Shown: positions 8,452 to 18,820, counted from the first letter of the stretch. The stretch is DNA of 64,000 bases from an uncultured Gemmatimonadaceae bacterium (GCA_963817955.1 CAWFQK010000007.1:113432-177431); one strand, 5' to 3'. Notes: generated by a model from the letters alone, not told the origin. Numbers and translations: made by a program.

Positions 8452-9954
8452 TCAGCGTGCCGCCGCCTGCTCCATCTCGGGTGATCGCGCGCGCCGCCGC
8501 ATGGTGGGTGTTCCATCGCACGCATCGCAGTTGCCGCATTGCCAGTCAGGTTCCACGCCCTCGCCGAAGTACTCGAGAATGAACCGTGTTCGACAGCGCG
8601 CGCTCTGGCAGTAGTTGATCATCGCGCGCAGTTTGGCGTGGTCCTGTGTACGCCGTTGCTCGTAATCAGTGAGGTCGGCACTCAGGTCGACAGACGTGAG
8701 ACGGTTCTGCAGGCGCTCCCAACTGCCCCCACGATACTCGCGCACGAGGCCGTGTCGCTTGAGGAGTACCAGGACAATCCGCGTCTTGCGCCGCGCCACA
8801 CCCGCCTTGTCCGCGAGGTCCTCCAGGAGGACGGTCTCGTTGATCGCTACCTGCTCGAGCACGATCGCGACGCGGGCCGCCTCTTCGACATCGGGGTACT
8901 TGCCGCCAAGGAAGTACGACTGCACCCGGCTGTCCTCGACGCGATAGAACAGCGTGCATGTCGCCGGCAGTCCCTCGCGGCCGGCGCGGCCGGCTTCCTG
9001 GTAATACGACTCCACGGAACCGGGGAAATGGTAGTGAATGACGAAGCGCAGATCCTGCTTGTCGATACCGAGGCCGAACGCGTTCGTCGCAATCATGGCC
9101 CTGAACCGATCGGCCATGAACTGGTCCTGCATGGTCTTCCGCTCGGCCGCCGCCATCTTTCCGTGATACATCCCGACGGCGTCGCGAACCTTGAGCTGCT
9201 CGTAGAGCCGCTCTGCTTCACGAACCGTGGCAACGTAGATCACGCCGACGCCATCGGTGTCGTGCAGCATCTGGCCGAGCGCAGCATCCTTCATCGTTTC
9301 GTTGACGGTGCGCTTCACCTCGAATCGGAGATTCGGACGTGCGAAGCCGGTCACGGTGCTGTGGGGATTGCTCATGCCCAGTTGTCGCGCGATATCCGCA
9401 CGAACCTCTACCGTCGCTGTGGCCGTGAGGGCAAGAATGGGGGGACGGCCGAGACGCTTCACGACCGAACCGAGCGTGAGATAGTCGGGGCGGAAATCAT
9501 GCCCCCACTGGCTGACGCAATGCGCTTCGTCGATGACGAACAGGCTCACCCGGCGCGTGAGCAACTGCTCGAAGAATTCACGATCCTTGAATCGCTCCGG
9601 CGTGAGATAGAGAATCTCGCCGCCGCCGTCACCGACGCGCGCCGAGAGATCGCGCGCCTGCGCGCCGGTGAGGTGCGAGTGCATCGCCATGGCATCCACC
9701 CCGTGCGCAGCCAGCTTGTCCTGCTGGTCCTTCATGAGCGCGATGAGCGGACTCACCACCACGGTGAGGCCCGGCAGCATGAGCGCGGGCAACTGATAGA
9801 CCAGTGACTTTCCGCTGCCCGTTGGCATGACGACGAGCGCGTCCCGACCCTCGAGGACGGCGCGAATCGGCTCCCACTGGCCTCGCTGGAATTCTCGATG
9901 ACCGAATCGGGCGATGAGTACGCGCCGCGCCTTGGTCCGAAGCATCTGTGGCAT
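8452..9954 (-). CDS. RecQ family ATP-dependent DNA helicase (no HRDC domain)
   Basis: [38 protein letters not shown] and C-terminal Zn-binding CR..CGNCDAC. Confidence 0.9.
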   Translation of the reverse strand: MPQMLRTKARRVLIARFGHREFQRGQWEPIRAVLEGRDALVVMPTGSGKSLVYQLPALMLPGLTVVVSPLIALMKDQQDKLAAHGVDAMAMHSHLTGAQARDLSARVGDGGGEILYLTPERFKDREFFEQLLTRRVSLFVIDEAHCVSQWGHDFRPDYLTLGSVVKRLGRPPILALTATATVEVRADIARQLGMSNPHSTVTGFARPNLRFEVKRTVNETMKDAALGQMLHDTDGVGVIYVATVREAERLYEQLKVRDAVGMYHGKMAAAERKTMQDQFMADRFRAMIATNAFGLGIDKQDLRFVIHYHFPGSVESYYQEAGRAGREGLPATCTLFYRVEDSRVQSYFLGGKYPDVEEAARVAIVLEQVAINETVLLEDLADKAGVARRKTRIVLVLLKRHGLVREYRGGSWERLQNRLTSVDLSADLTDYEQRRTQDHAKLRAMINYCQSARCRTRFILEYFGEGVEPDWQCGNCDACDGTPTMRRRARSPEMEQAAAR

Positions 9955-10072
9955 TGGAGATTACAGGGGCAGGAAATGGACCGCGCTCGTTGCCCTCTCC
10001 AGCTTGACTGCTCGCGAACACGCCTCCGCGCCACGCCTTATCTTCAATAACAATCTTGAACGCGAGTCTGAC

Positions 10073-10987
10073 ATGCTCATCAGGAAACCAGACGCCATCA
10101 AGTCTTCGGAGATCACGCCGGAGGAGCGCTATCTCGACAGGCGCAGTTTCCTCGCGGTAGCCGGGCTGGCAGCGGCAGGCGTGCTCGGCACCGGCCGACT
10201 TGCGTCGATGGCTGCGCCGGCCGGCCGGCAGGACGACAAGCCGAACAGCTGGGACGAGATTACCGGCTACAACAACTACTACGAGTTCGGCACCGACAAG
10301 GAAGATCCGTCACGGAATGCGCGGAACTTCCGCACTCGCCCATGGACGGTGAAGGTGGACGGCCTGGTGAAGAAGCCCGCCACGTATCACCTCGAGGATC
10401 TCGTCAAGCCGTACAAGCTCGAGGATCGAGTGTACCGCTTTCGCTGCGTCGAAGCGTGGTCGATGGTCATTCCATGGCAGGGAATTCCGTTGGCGGAAAT
10501 GATCCAGCGCTTCGAGCCATTGCCGAGCGCAAAGTATGTACGCTTCGAAACGCTTTACGACCCGACGCAGATGCCGGGGCAGAAGGCCGCCGTCCTGCCG
10601 TGGCCGTATGTCGAGGGGCTGCGCATGGACGAAGCCACGCATCCGCTGACGCTCATGGTGACGGGGCTGTACGGGAAGACGCTGCCGAACCAGAACGGCG
10701 CGCCGCTGCGGTTGATCGTGCCGTGGAAGTACGGCTTCAAGGGAATCAAGGCGATCACGCGGATCTCACTGGTGGCCGAACAGCCGCGGAATACCTGGCA
10801 GATCGCCAATCCCAACGAGTACGGCTTCTACGCGAACGTCAACCCCGACGTTGACCACCCACGATGGACGCAAGCGAGCGAGCGCCGCATCGGACAATTT
10901 CGGCGTCAGAAAACGCTCATGTTCAACGGGTATGCGGATCAGGTGGCCCGTCTGTATACCGGCATGGACCTGAGGAAGAATTTTTGA
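10073..10987 (+). CDS. msrP: Protein-methionine-sulfoxide reductase catalytic subunit
   Basis: SSEITPE, Tat [25 protein letters not shown] and KYGFK. Confidence 0.95.
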   Translation: MLIRKPDAIKSSEITPEERYLDRRSFLAVAGLAAAGVLGTGRLASMAAPAGRQDDKPNSWDEITGYNNYYEFGTDKEDPSRNARNFRTRPWTVKVDGLVKKPATYHLEDLVKPYKLEDRVYRFRCVEAWSMVIPWQGIPLAEMIQRFEPLPSAKYVRFETLYDPTQMPGQKAAVLPWPYVEGLRMDEATHPLTLMVTGLYGKTLPNQNGAPLRLIVPWKYGFKGIKAITRISLVAEQPRNTWQIANPNEYGFYANVNPDVDHPRWTQASERRIGQFRRQKTLMFNGYADQVARLYTGMDLRKNF

Positions 10988-11628
10988 CGCGACCGGTGCC
11001 GCGTGGTGGGCGACGTGCGTGGGCCAAAGGCATGGTCTTCCTCATCGCGCTTCTTCCGCTGGCGCTGACCGGGTGGCGTGTTGCAACCAATCGGCTTGGT
11101 GCCAATCCCATCCGCGAACTGGAGATTCAGACGGGCTTGTGGACGCTACGGCTGCTTGCGGTGACGCTGGCGCTCACGCCATTGCGCCGGAGCTTTGGCT
11201 GGAACTTTCTCGCCAGATATCGGCGGATGCTCGGCTTGTGCACATTCTTTTATGCGTGTGTGCACCTCAGCATGTGGGCCGCGGTGGACTGGTTCTTCGC
11301 CTGGGGCGACATGTGGCACGAGATCGTGAAGCACCAGTACATTTTCATCGGGATGCTCACGTGGCTGATCCTGGTGCCGCTCGCCATCACGTCGACAAAG
11401 GGATGGGTGCGCCGGCTCGGTAAACGCTGGGTGCGACTTCACCGCCTGGTCTATGTCGCCGCGATCACGGGTACGGTGCACTATCTCTGGGCGGTGAAGA
11501 AGGACACCTTCTTTCCGCTCGTCTACCTCGCGGTTTTCGCGATGCTGCTTGCCTACCGCGTCTTCGACGCACGGCGAACGCCATTCCGCGTACCCAGGCC
11601 GGGATCTGGCGCTTCAGCGGCGGCGTAG
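10984..11628 (+). CDS. msrQ: Sulfoxide reductase heme-binding membrane subunit
   Basis: [23 protein letters not shown] and WVRLHRLVY. Follows msrP; start codon uncertain (TTG 10984). Confidence 0.9.
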   Translation: MTRPVPRGGRRAWAKGMVFLIALLPLALTGWRVATNRLGANPIRELEIQTGLWTLRLLAVTLALTPLRRSFGWNFLARYRRMLGLCTFFYACVHLSMWAAVDWFFAWGDMWHEIVKHQYIFIGMLTWLILVPLAITSTKGWVRRLGKRWVRLHRLVYVAAITGTVHYLWAVKKDTFFPLVYLAVFAMLLAYRVFDARRTPFRVPRPGSGASAAA

Positions 11629-11665
11629 GACCGTCGCGGGTTCGCACGGCGACTATGTTGCGTCT

Positions 11666-12829
11666 GTGAAACCTTCCACACCGCCCAATCAACTGTCGGC
11701 GTTCGCGATCACCGCGCCGGGACTCGAAGACCTCTGCGCGCGCGAGCTCGCCGCGATCGGGGTGACCGGAATGCCCGAGCCGGGGGGCGTCGCGTGGACT
11801 GGCACGCTCGATACCGTGGCCCGGGCCAACCTCTGGCTTCGGACCGCGAGTCGCGTGATCGTGCGGATCGCCGAGTTCCGCGCCAAGACGTTCTTTGAGC
11901 TGGAACGACATGCGCGTCGGATGGAGTGGGAGCGTTTCGTCTCGCCCGGCGTGCCAGTGGAGTTCCGCGTAACGTGCCGCAAGTCACGACTCTATCACAG
12001 CGGTGCGGTCGCCCAGCGCCTTGGCGATGCGGTCCAACTGCACGTGAAAGGTGCGCGGCTGGAGAGCAGCGCGAGCGATGACGATGAGGACTCTGCGTCC
12101 GGCGAGCGCCAGCTGTTCATAGTGCGCTTCGTGCATGACGCATGTACAGTGAGCGTCGACACCTCCGGTGCGCTCCTGCACCGCCGTGGATATCGGCAGC
12201 AACTTGCGAGAGCGCCGCTGCGCGAGACGTTGGCCGCGGCTGTGCTGCTCGGCGCCGGGTGGACGGGTGAGACGCCGCTCGTCGATCCGATGTGCGGCTC
12301 GGGAACGGTGCCCATCGAGGCGGCGCTCATCGCTCGCCGCATGGCGCCTGGACGCGATCGCTCGTTCGCATTCCTGCGCTGGCCTGGGGCAGACGAGAAA
12401 TCATGGAAACGACTGCTCGCCGATGCGCGCGCCGGCGAGCTGGAGCGATCGCCCATTATGATCAGTGGCTTCGATCGTGATGAGGGCGCCATCACGGCAG
12501 CTCGGGCGAACGCCGAACGCGCCGGTGTCGCGGCCGATATTTGCTTTGCCGCTCAGCCGGTGTCTGCATTGGGCACAGCCGAGCCGCCGGGGCTCGTCGC
12601 GTCGAATCCGCCCTACGGCGTTCGGATAGGGGAAACGGCTGCGCTGCGAAATCTCTATGCGCAGCTGGGAAACGTGTTACGGCGCCATCGACCGGGTTGG
12701 ACGCTGGCGTTGTTTTCGGCCGACAAGCAACTCGAGCGGCAGACGGGATTGTCGTTTGAGGAACGCTTCCGGTCGCGAAACGGCGGCATTGCCGTGCACC
12801 TCGTAGTGGCGGAGATACCAACGCGCTGA
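11666..12829 (+). CDS. THUMP-domain class I SAM-dependent RNA methyltransferase (RlmL/YpsC-like)
   Basis: NLWLRTASRV, LHRRGYR, APLRETLAA, DPMCGSGT and NPPYG. Confidence 0.9.
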   Translation: MKPSTPPNQLSAFAITAPGLEDLCARELAAIGVTGMPEPGGVAWTGTLDTVARANLWLRTASRVIVRIAEFRAKTFFELERHARRMEWERFVSPGVPVEFRVTCRKSRLYHSGAVAQRLGDAVQLHVKGARLESSASDDDEDSASGERQLFIVRFVHDACTVSVDTSGALLHRRGYRQQLARAPLRETLAAAVLLGAGWTGETPLVDPMCGSGTVPIEAALIARRMAPGRDRSFAFLRWPGADEKSWKRLLADARAGELERSPIMISGFDRDEGAITAARANAERAGVAADICFAAQPVSALGTAEPPGLVASNPPYGVRIGETAALRNLYAQLGNVLRRHRPGWTLALFSADKQLERQTGLSFEERFRSRNGGIAVHLVVAEIPTR

Positions 12830-12943
12830 ACGGTATCCCCGGCTAGGATACCTGTCATCCTTGTATCTCTGAGAATCACTAAGTCTCGCCCGTAAATTGG
12901 ATGGCTGGTCGGGGTGGTAGCTCGTTCATCCTGATGACAGGCA

Positions 12944-12983
12944 TCCCGTGTCCCGTGTCCCGTCTCCCGACTTCCGTGTCCCC
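12944..12983. repeat. Heptamer tandem array (TCCCGTG family, about 5.5 units)
   Basis: tcccgtg tcccgtg tcccgtc tcccgac ttccgtg tcccc; same unit as 39528-39582. Confidence 0.8.
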
Positions 12984-13037
12984 GAACCTTCGCGAAGGTC
13001 ATTAGCGCAGGAACCGGGCGTTTACCTGATCATGCCT

Positions 13038-13615
13038 CCACCACCTGGCTTCGAAACCCGTCCACCTGGCTTCGGCAACGGTCCACTCGACTGGGGTGAG
13101 CGTCCACTCCATTTCGGCGATCGGTTACCTCATTTCGCCGATCGGTCACGCCATTTTGGCGATCGGTTACCTCATTTCGCCGATCGGTCACCTCATTTCG
13201 GCGATCGGTCAGCTCATTTCGGCGGTTGTCCACTCCATTTGGGCGAGCGTCCATGTGATTTGGGCGACCGTCCATGTGATTTGGGTGATCGTCCACTTGG
13301 CTTGGGTAACCGTTCACTTGGCTTGGGTAACTGCGCACTTGTACTCGGTGAGTGTCCACTTGACCGCGGCAAACGTTCAGCCGACCTCGGCAAGTGTGCA
13401 CCCGACATCGGCAAGTGTTCACTCGACCGCGGGAGACGGTTACTCGACCTCGGCAAGCGTTCGGGCGGCTGCGGGATCCGGTCAGGCGACCATGGCACTC
13501 GGTCAGGCGACCGTGGGATTCGGTCAGCCGACTTCGGCATTCATCCACTTCATTTCGGTACTTGAATACTTCATTGCGGCGTTAAGACGCGTCACTTCGG
13601 CGACTCGATGCCGAC
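13038..13615. repeat. Degenerate 21-bp tandem array, about 27 units
   Basis: Units such as CGGTTACCTCATTTCGCCGAT and CGGTCACCTCATTTCGGCGAT; the period is kept without indels; 7-aa periodicity in several frames. Confidence 0.9.
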
Positions 13616-13845
13616 CCGCGTTGAGTATTCTTGCCACCGCGCCGCTCCATGAGGGTCGTTAGGTCGTCCTGCGACCTGCTTCACCGCACTGCCTTTCACC
13701 GGAAGCGGCTGCTTACACAGCCGTTTTTCTTGTGTCCGGTTCTTGCATAACTGCCCCTCGTACTCGTCCTCTGCATGCCGCATCGACCGCCCCTGGTTCA
13801 TCGACGGTGGCAATCGGCTTTGTACCCTTTCGTCAGGAGTCGCCC

Positions 13846-16365
13846 ATGGGCGTCGGCGAAGGTCCAGAGGGGATCGATCGGGAAACCCCTCTATCGAGCG
13901 CACGCAGCAATGGCGGGAGTGCTCGGCGAGCGCGAAAAACCGCAACTAAGAGCGGTTCGCACTCCAAGCGAACCGATCCCGACGACGTCCGCATCACGCG
14001 TGACGAAAACATCGAGGTTCCACCCGCCGACAACGGCGAGCAATCGGTCACTGCTCCGGTGCAACAACGTCGAACCCGCCAACGCTCGCTACAACGGTTG
14101 CTCGCTGGGTTGCGTGCCGTGAACGCCGGCGACTTCTCCGTGCGCCTCACCGCCGACGGCGAGCCGCTCATGGCGGAGATCATAGATCTCTTCAACCGCG
14201 TCGCGCAGAAGCAAGCGCGCCTCGTGGACGAGCTCGCGCGCGTGCGCACGGCCGTCGGGCGCGAAGGCAAGATGCGCGATCGCGTATGGATGGCCGGTGC
14301 CGAGGGACAATGGATCAAGGCGGTGGACTCGGTGAACAGCCTGATCACCGATCTCGTACAACCGACGTCCGAAGTCTCTCGTGTCATTCAGGCGGTTGCC
14401 GAAGGCGATCTGTCGCAGAAGATCGCCGGCGAAGCCCAGGGCGAGTTCGACGAGCTCAAGGCGAACATCAATCAGATGATTGCCAAGCTGCGCGAGACCA
14501 CGGAGCGCAATCAGGAGCAGGACTGGCTCAAGACCAACCTGGCCAAGTTCAGCCGCATGATGCAGGGCCAGAAGGATCTGGCAAGCGTATCGCGCCTCAT
14601 CATGAGCGAACTCACACCGTTGGTGAGCGCGCACCATGGCGCGTTCTTCATCTCCGATCAGGACGCGGGCGGTGTCGTGCTCAAGCTCGTGGCGAGCTAC
14701 GCGTATCGAGCACGAAGGCAGGTCGCCAAGCAATTCGCTCCGGGAGAGGGGCTCGTCGGTCAGGCAGCGCTCGAGAAGCAGCCGATCCTGCTGCAGAACG
14801 TGCCTGGCGACTATATCCAGATCACCTCGGGCCTCGGCGAAGCACCGCCGCGCAACATCATCGTCCTGCCGATCCTGTTCGAGGGCGACGTCAAGGCGGT
14901 GATCGAGCTCGCGAGCTTCCTGCCGTTCAGTCAGATCCACCAGGCCTTTCTCGACCAGCTCGCTGAATCGCTCGGCGTAGTACTGAACATGATTCAGGCG
15001 AACATGCGGACTGAGGAGTTGCTCGAGCAATCGCAGCAATTGACCCAGGAGTTGCAGAGCCAGTCGAAGGAGCTCCAGCAACAGCAGGACGAGCTCAAGC
15101 GGTCCAACGCCGAGCTCGAGGAGAAGGCTGAACAGCTCTCACTCAGCTCCAAATACAAGAGCGAGTTCTTGGCGAACGTGTCGCACGAACTGCGTACCCC
15201 GCTCAACTCGCTGCTCATTCTCTCCAAGCTTCTCGCGGAGAACAAGGACAGCAACCTCACGAAGAAGCAGGTGGAGTTCGCGCAGACGATCTACTCGTCA
15301 GGCACGGACCTGCTCAATCTGATCAACGACATTCTCGACCTGTCGAAGGTGGAAGCTGGAAAGATGGATGTCAGCCCGACCGACGTGTCGATGACCGAAT
15401 TTCGTGCGTTTGTCGATCGCACGTTCGGGCCGGTGGCCGAACAGAAGCATCTGAGCTTCACCGTGGACATCTCGCCTGACGTGCCGTCGCCAATCTTCAC
15501 CGACGAGAGGCGCTTGCAGCAGGTGATCAAGAACCTGCTGTCCAACGCGTTCAAGTTTACGGCGCACGGTGGTGTCACGCTGTCCGTTCGCCGCGCCGAG
15601 AGCAACCGGCGCTTCGTGTCGCGGATGCTGGATCGCGTGGAAGGTGGCGTGATCGCATTCGCGGTGAAGGACACCGGTATTGGCATTCCGCAAACCAAGC
15701 AGCAGCTCATCTTCGAGGCGTTCCAACAAGCGGATGGTACGACGAGTCGCAAGTTCGGGGGGACCGGACTTGGCTTGTCGATCAGCCGTGAGATCGCGGG
15801 GCTGTTGGGCGGCGAGATTCGCGTCGACAGCACGCCGGGTGAGGGCAGCACGTTCACGTTGTTCCTGCCGGCTCGATATGTGGAGCGTGAGGGTGCGGCG
15901 CGCGGCGCAGGCGGCGCAGGCGGCGAGGGAAGCGAAGCGACACGTTTGCCGCGGTCCGCTGGCTTCGACGACGACCGCGACCGCGCCGTGTTTGCGGGGA
16001 AGCGCATTCTCATCGTCGACGACGATGTACGCAACGTGTATTCGCTCACGAGTGTGCTCGAACAGCATGGCATGAACGTCTCGTTTGCCGAGAACGGCAA
16101 AGACGCCGTTGCCAAGCTCGAGTCCGCGCCGAGAACCGACCTGGTGCTGATGGACGTGATGATGCCGGGCATGGACGGCTATGAAACGACGCGCGCAATT
16201 CGGGCGCGTCCGCTGTTCCGTTCGCTGCCTATCATTGCGCTCACGGCCAAGGCCATGAAGGAAGATCGGGACAAGTCCATCGCGGCCGGTGTATCGGACT
16301 ATATCACGAAGCCGGTGGACAACGATCAACTGCTGAGTCTGATGCGCGTATGGCTGTACCGCTGA
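13846..16365 (+). CDS. Hybrid sensor histidine kinase (HAMP-GAF-HisKA-HATPase-REC)
   Basis: AGGAG RBS; poly-HAMP-type repeats; GEGLVGQ GAF motif; FLANVSHELRTPL; NLLSNAFKF; GGTGLGL; C-terminal ILIVDDD..LMDVMMP..YITKP. Confidence 0.9.
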   Translation: MGVGEGPEGIDRETPLSSARSNGGSARRARKTATKSGSHSKRTDPDDVRITRDENIEVPPADNGEQSVTAPVQQRRTRQRSLQRLLAGLRAVNAGDFSVRLTADGEPLMAEIIDLFNRVAQKQARLVDELARVRTAVGREGKMRDRVWMAGAEGQWIKAVDSVNSLITDLVQPTSEVSRVIQAVAEGDLSQKIAGEAQGEFDELKANINQMIAKLRETTERNQEQDWLKTNLAKFSRMMQGQKDLASVSRLIMSELTPLVSAHHGAFFISDQDAGGVVLKLVASYAYRARRQVAKQFAPGEGLVGQAALEKQPILLQNVPGDYIQITSGLGEAPPRNIIVLPILFEGDVKAVIELASFLPFSQIHQAFLDQLAESLGVVLNMIQANMRTEELLEQSQQLTQELQSQSKELQQQQDELKRSNAELEEKAEQLSLSSKYKSEFLANVSHELRTPLNSLLILSKLLAENKDSNLTKKQVEFAQTIYSSGTDLLNLINDILDLSKVEAGKMDVSPTDVSMTEFRAFVDRTFGPVAEQKHLSFTVDISPDVPSPIFTDERRLQQVIKNLLSNAFKFTAHGGVTLSVRRAESNRRFVSRMLDRVEGGVIAFAVKDTGIGIPQTKQQLIFEAFQQADGTTSRKFGGTGLGLSISREIAGLLGGEIRVDSTPGEGSTFTLFLPARYVEREGAARGAGGAGGEGSEATRLPRSAGFDDDRDRAVFAGKRILIVDDDVRNVYSLTSVLEQHGMNVSFAENGKDAVAKLESAPRTDLVLMDVMMPGMDGYETTRAIRARPLFRSLPIIALTAKAMKEDRDKSIAAGVSDYITKPVDNDQLLSLMRVWLYR

Positions 16366-16380
16366 AGGGCAACCGGTCCT

Positions 16381-16500
16381 TGCCTCGTCCTGTTTGGCGT
16401 TCTGGCGCTGGGGAGCCAGGAGACCTCGAGGGTTTCCCAGTACGAGCCTTGCTATCAGCACGTGCACCCGTGGGAAGATGTCTACCGCAACATCAGGTAG
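16381..16500 (+). pseudogene. cheR: 3' remnant of a cheR-type methyltransferase gene
   Basis: Translates to CLVLFGVLALGSQETSRVSQYEPCYQHVHPWEDVYRNIR*, resembling the CheR C-terminus (GxLxLGxxES..YRK). It sits in the usual cheR position between kinase and cheB and has no start codon. Confidence 0.65.
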
Positions 16501-16502
16501 TC

Positions 16503-17096
16503 GTGAGCTACGAGATCATCGTCATTGGAACGTCCTGGGGTGGATTGGCCGCGCTGCGGAAATTGACCGAAGGGTTACCGCCGTATTTCGGCATCCCCAT
16601 TGTGATCGTGCAGCATCGCAACAAACAGTCGGACCATCTGTTGGCCGCACTTCTCAAGGATCGTACGACGCTCGCCGTTCGCGATGTGGACGACAAGGCG
16701 CGCATCATGGCCGGCAGCATCTACATCGCGCCGGCCGATTATCATCTGCTCATCGAAGACGGGTGTTTCGCGCTCTCGTTGGACGAGCCGGTGAACCACA
16801 GTCGCCCCTCCATCGACGTGACATTCATTTCGGCCGCCGAGACCTACGGCGCCCGCAGTGTCGGTGTGGTTCTCACCGGTGCCAACGCCGACGGCGCGCA
16901 GGGCTTGAAGCGAATCCATGACCGTGGGGGCCTCACGCTGGTTCAGGACCCGGCTACCGCGGAGAGTCCGATCATGCCTGCCGCCGCGATCCGTTGTGTG
17001 CCACAGGCCCGCGTGTTGTCGATCGCGGACATCTGCCGAGTCCTGGCAGCGCTGCCCGCGCCGGCCGTAGATGCGCACCACCAAAGGGCGAGATGA
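16503..17096 (+). CDS. cheB: Stand-alone CheB methylesterase domain protein
   Basis: GTSWGG (Ser), VQHR (His), SRPSIDV and LTGANADG (Asp); no receiver domain. Confidence 0.85.
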   Translation: MSYEIIVIGTSWGGLAALRKLTEGLPPYFGIPIVIVQHRNKQSDHLLAALLKDRTTLAVRDVDDKARIMAGSIYIAPADYHLLIEDGCFALSLDEPVNHSRPSIDVTFISAAETYGARSVGVVLTGANADGAQGLKRIHDRGGLTLVQDPATAESPIMPAAAIRCVPQARVLSIADICRVLAALPAPAVDAHHQRAR

Positions 17097-18820
17097 CGCA
17101 GGTTACCGATCAGGTTGATATCCTGCTGGTGGACGACCGCGCAGAAAACCTGCTCGCCCTCGAAGCCATCCTCGAACCTCTCGACCAGCGACTCGTGCGC
17201 GCGCAATCCGGCGAAGCCGCGCTGCGTTGCCTGCTCGAGCACGACTTTGCCGTGATCCTGCTCGATGTGCAAATGCCGCACATGAATGGCTTCGAAACCG
17301 CACGGCTCATCAAGGCCCGAGCGCGCACGAAGTTCATTCCGATCATCTTTCTCACGGCGATCAGCAAGGAAGACGAGTACGTCTTCAAGGGCTACTCCGT
17401 GGGCGCCGTCGACTATGTGTTCAAACCGTTTCAGCCCGAGATTCTGCGCTCCAAGGTGAATGTCTTCGTTGAGCTGTACCGTCAGCAACGGCGCATTTCC
17501 GAGCAGGAACAGCGTCTGCGCGAAAGCCAACGGCAGGAGCTCGAGCTGCGGCACATGCGCGAGCTGCTCCAATCCGAGGCAAGGTTCCGCGAGATCTTCA
17601 CCTCGGCGATGGACGCGATTGTCGTGTTCGACTCCGACGGAAACATCGCGCTCGCGAACGCCGCCGCGGAGGGGATGTTCGCGACATCCGCCGCGGAAGC
17701 CGTTGGAGGGACCATCAAGCGCTTCTTCCCCAGCGGAATCAGCGGTGATACGGTGGCGAACCTCTGCACCACCGCCAACGAACAGCGTGGCGATCCAGGC
17801 AAGCCGGGTAGGGTCGTGGCTCCACATGCGTTCACGGGGCGACGTGCGAATGGCGAGACGTTTCCGATCGAAGCGTCGGTGTCCTGCCTCGACACGCTCG
17901 CGGGACGGACGTACACGCTGATTGTGCGCGACATCTCGGATCGGGTGCGGCATGAACAGGAACTGAAGCGCCAGGCGGATTCACTCGCCCACTCCACCTG
18001 GGAACTCAAGGAGCTCAACGAAGAGCTGCAGCGCCGTCAGTTCGAGCTGGAGCGCGCAATGACAGCGCGCAGCCGATTCTACGCGTCGATGAGCCACGAG
18101 CTTCGGACGCCGATCAACGCGGTGCTCGGCTACAGCACCCTGCTGCTCGAACGCATCTACGGCCCGCTCAATGACAAGCAAGCCGAGGGCGTCGAGCGTA
18201 CGCAAAAGGCAGCGCGCCATCTGCTGGAGCTCGTCAACGACGTGCTGGACCTCTCCAAGATCGAGGCCGGCAAGATCGACCTACGGCTGCAGCCGGTGGA
18301 GTTCCCGACGCTCATCGAGGATCTGTTCGTTACCGTGCGGCCGCTCGCCGATCAGCATGGTTCTGCGTTGTCGCTCGAGCTCAGCCGCAACGCGCCGATC
18401 AAGATCGTGTCCGATCCGCGTCGCGTGCGTCAGATCCTGCTCAACTTGTTGTCCAACGCGATCAAGTTCGGGCGTGGCCAGCCCGTCCATGTGCGCTGTC
18501 TGGCCAACGAGGATGGCGGAGTGATCATCGAGGTCATCGATGGTGGAGTCGGCATCTCCGACGACGACCGCGAGCGTGTATTCCACGAATTCGTGCAGAT
18601 CGGGAAGACGCAACTCCAGGACGGCACCGGCCTTGGTCTCCCCATTTCCCGTCGCCTTGCCGAGTTGCTGCATGGCTCACTCACCGTCGAGTCGACCCTG
18701 GGCGAAGGGAGCACGTTCCGGCTGCAGTTGCCGGAGAGCGTGGATCGCGCTCCTCACCAATTCACGCCGATCGTGAATTCGGTGGCGTGCTGCGAGAACC
18801 CCGATCCCACCCCACGGTAG
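17093..18820 (+). CDS. REC-PAS-histidine kinase
   Basis: ATGA overlap with cheB; ILLVDDRAENL receiver; PAS domain; SHELRTP; NLLSNAIKF; GTGLGL. Confidence 0.9.
   Translation: MTQVTDQVDILLVDDRAENLLALEAILEPLDQRLVRAQSGEAALRCLLEHDFAVILLDVQMPHMNGFETARLIKARARTKFIPIIFLTAISKEDEYVFKGYSVGAVDYVFKPFQPEILRSKVNVFVELYRQQRRISEQEQRLRESQRQELELRHMRELLQSEARFREIFTSAMDAIVVFDSDGNIALANAAAEGMFATSAAEAVGGTIKRFFPSGISGDTVANLCTTANEQRGDPGKPGRVVAPHAFTGRRANGETFPIEASVSCLDTLAGRTYTLIVRDISDRVRHEQELKRQADSLAHSTWELKELNEELQRRQFELERAMTARSRFYASMSHELRTPINAVLGYSTLLLERIYGPLNDKQAEGVERTQKAARHLLELVNDVLDLSKIEAGKIDLRLQPVEFPTLIEDLFVTVRPLADQHGSALSLELSRNAPIKIVSDPRRVRQILLNLLSNAIKFGRGQPVHVRCLANEDGGVIIEVIDGGVGISDDDRERVFHEFVQIGKTQLQDGTGLGLPISRRLAELLHGSLTVESTLGEGSTFRLQLPESVDRAPHQFTPIVNSVACCENPDPTPR

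Noticed and set aside
8539..9807. 422-aa plus-strand ORF (similar cases at 44673..45890 and 51735..53090)
   Set aside because: Antisense shadows of well-supported genes.
13038..13615. CRISPR array
   Set aside because: Contiguous degenerate 21-mers with no unique spacers, and no cas genes in the window.
16363..16500. TGA readthrough or selenocysteine fusing the kinase to the cheR remnant, which is in the same frame
   Set aside because: The kinase ends at a normal family terminus (MRVWLYR), there is no evident SECIS-like hairpin, and a frame match has a 1-in-3 chance.
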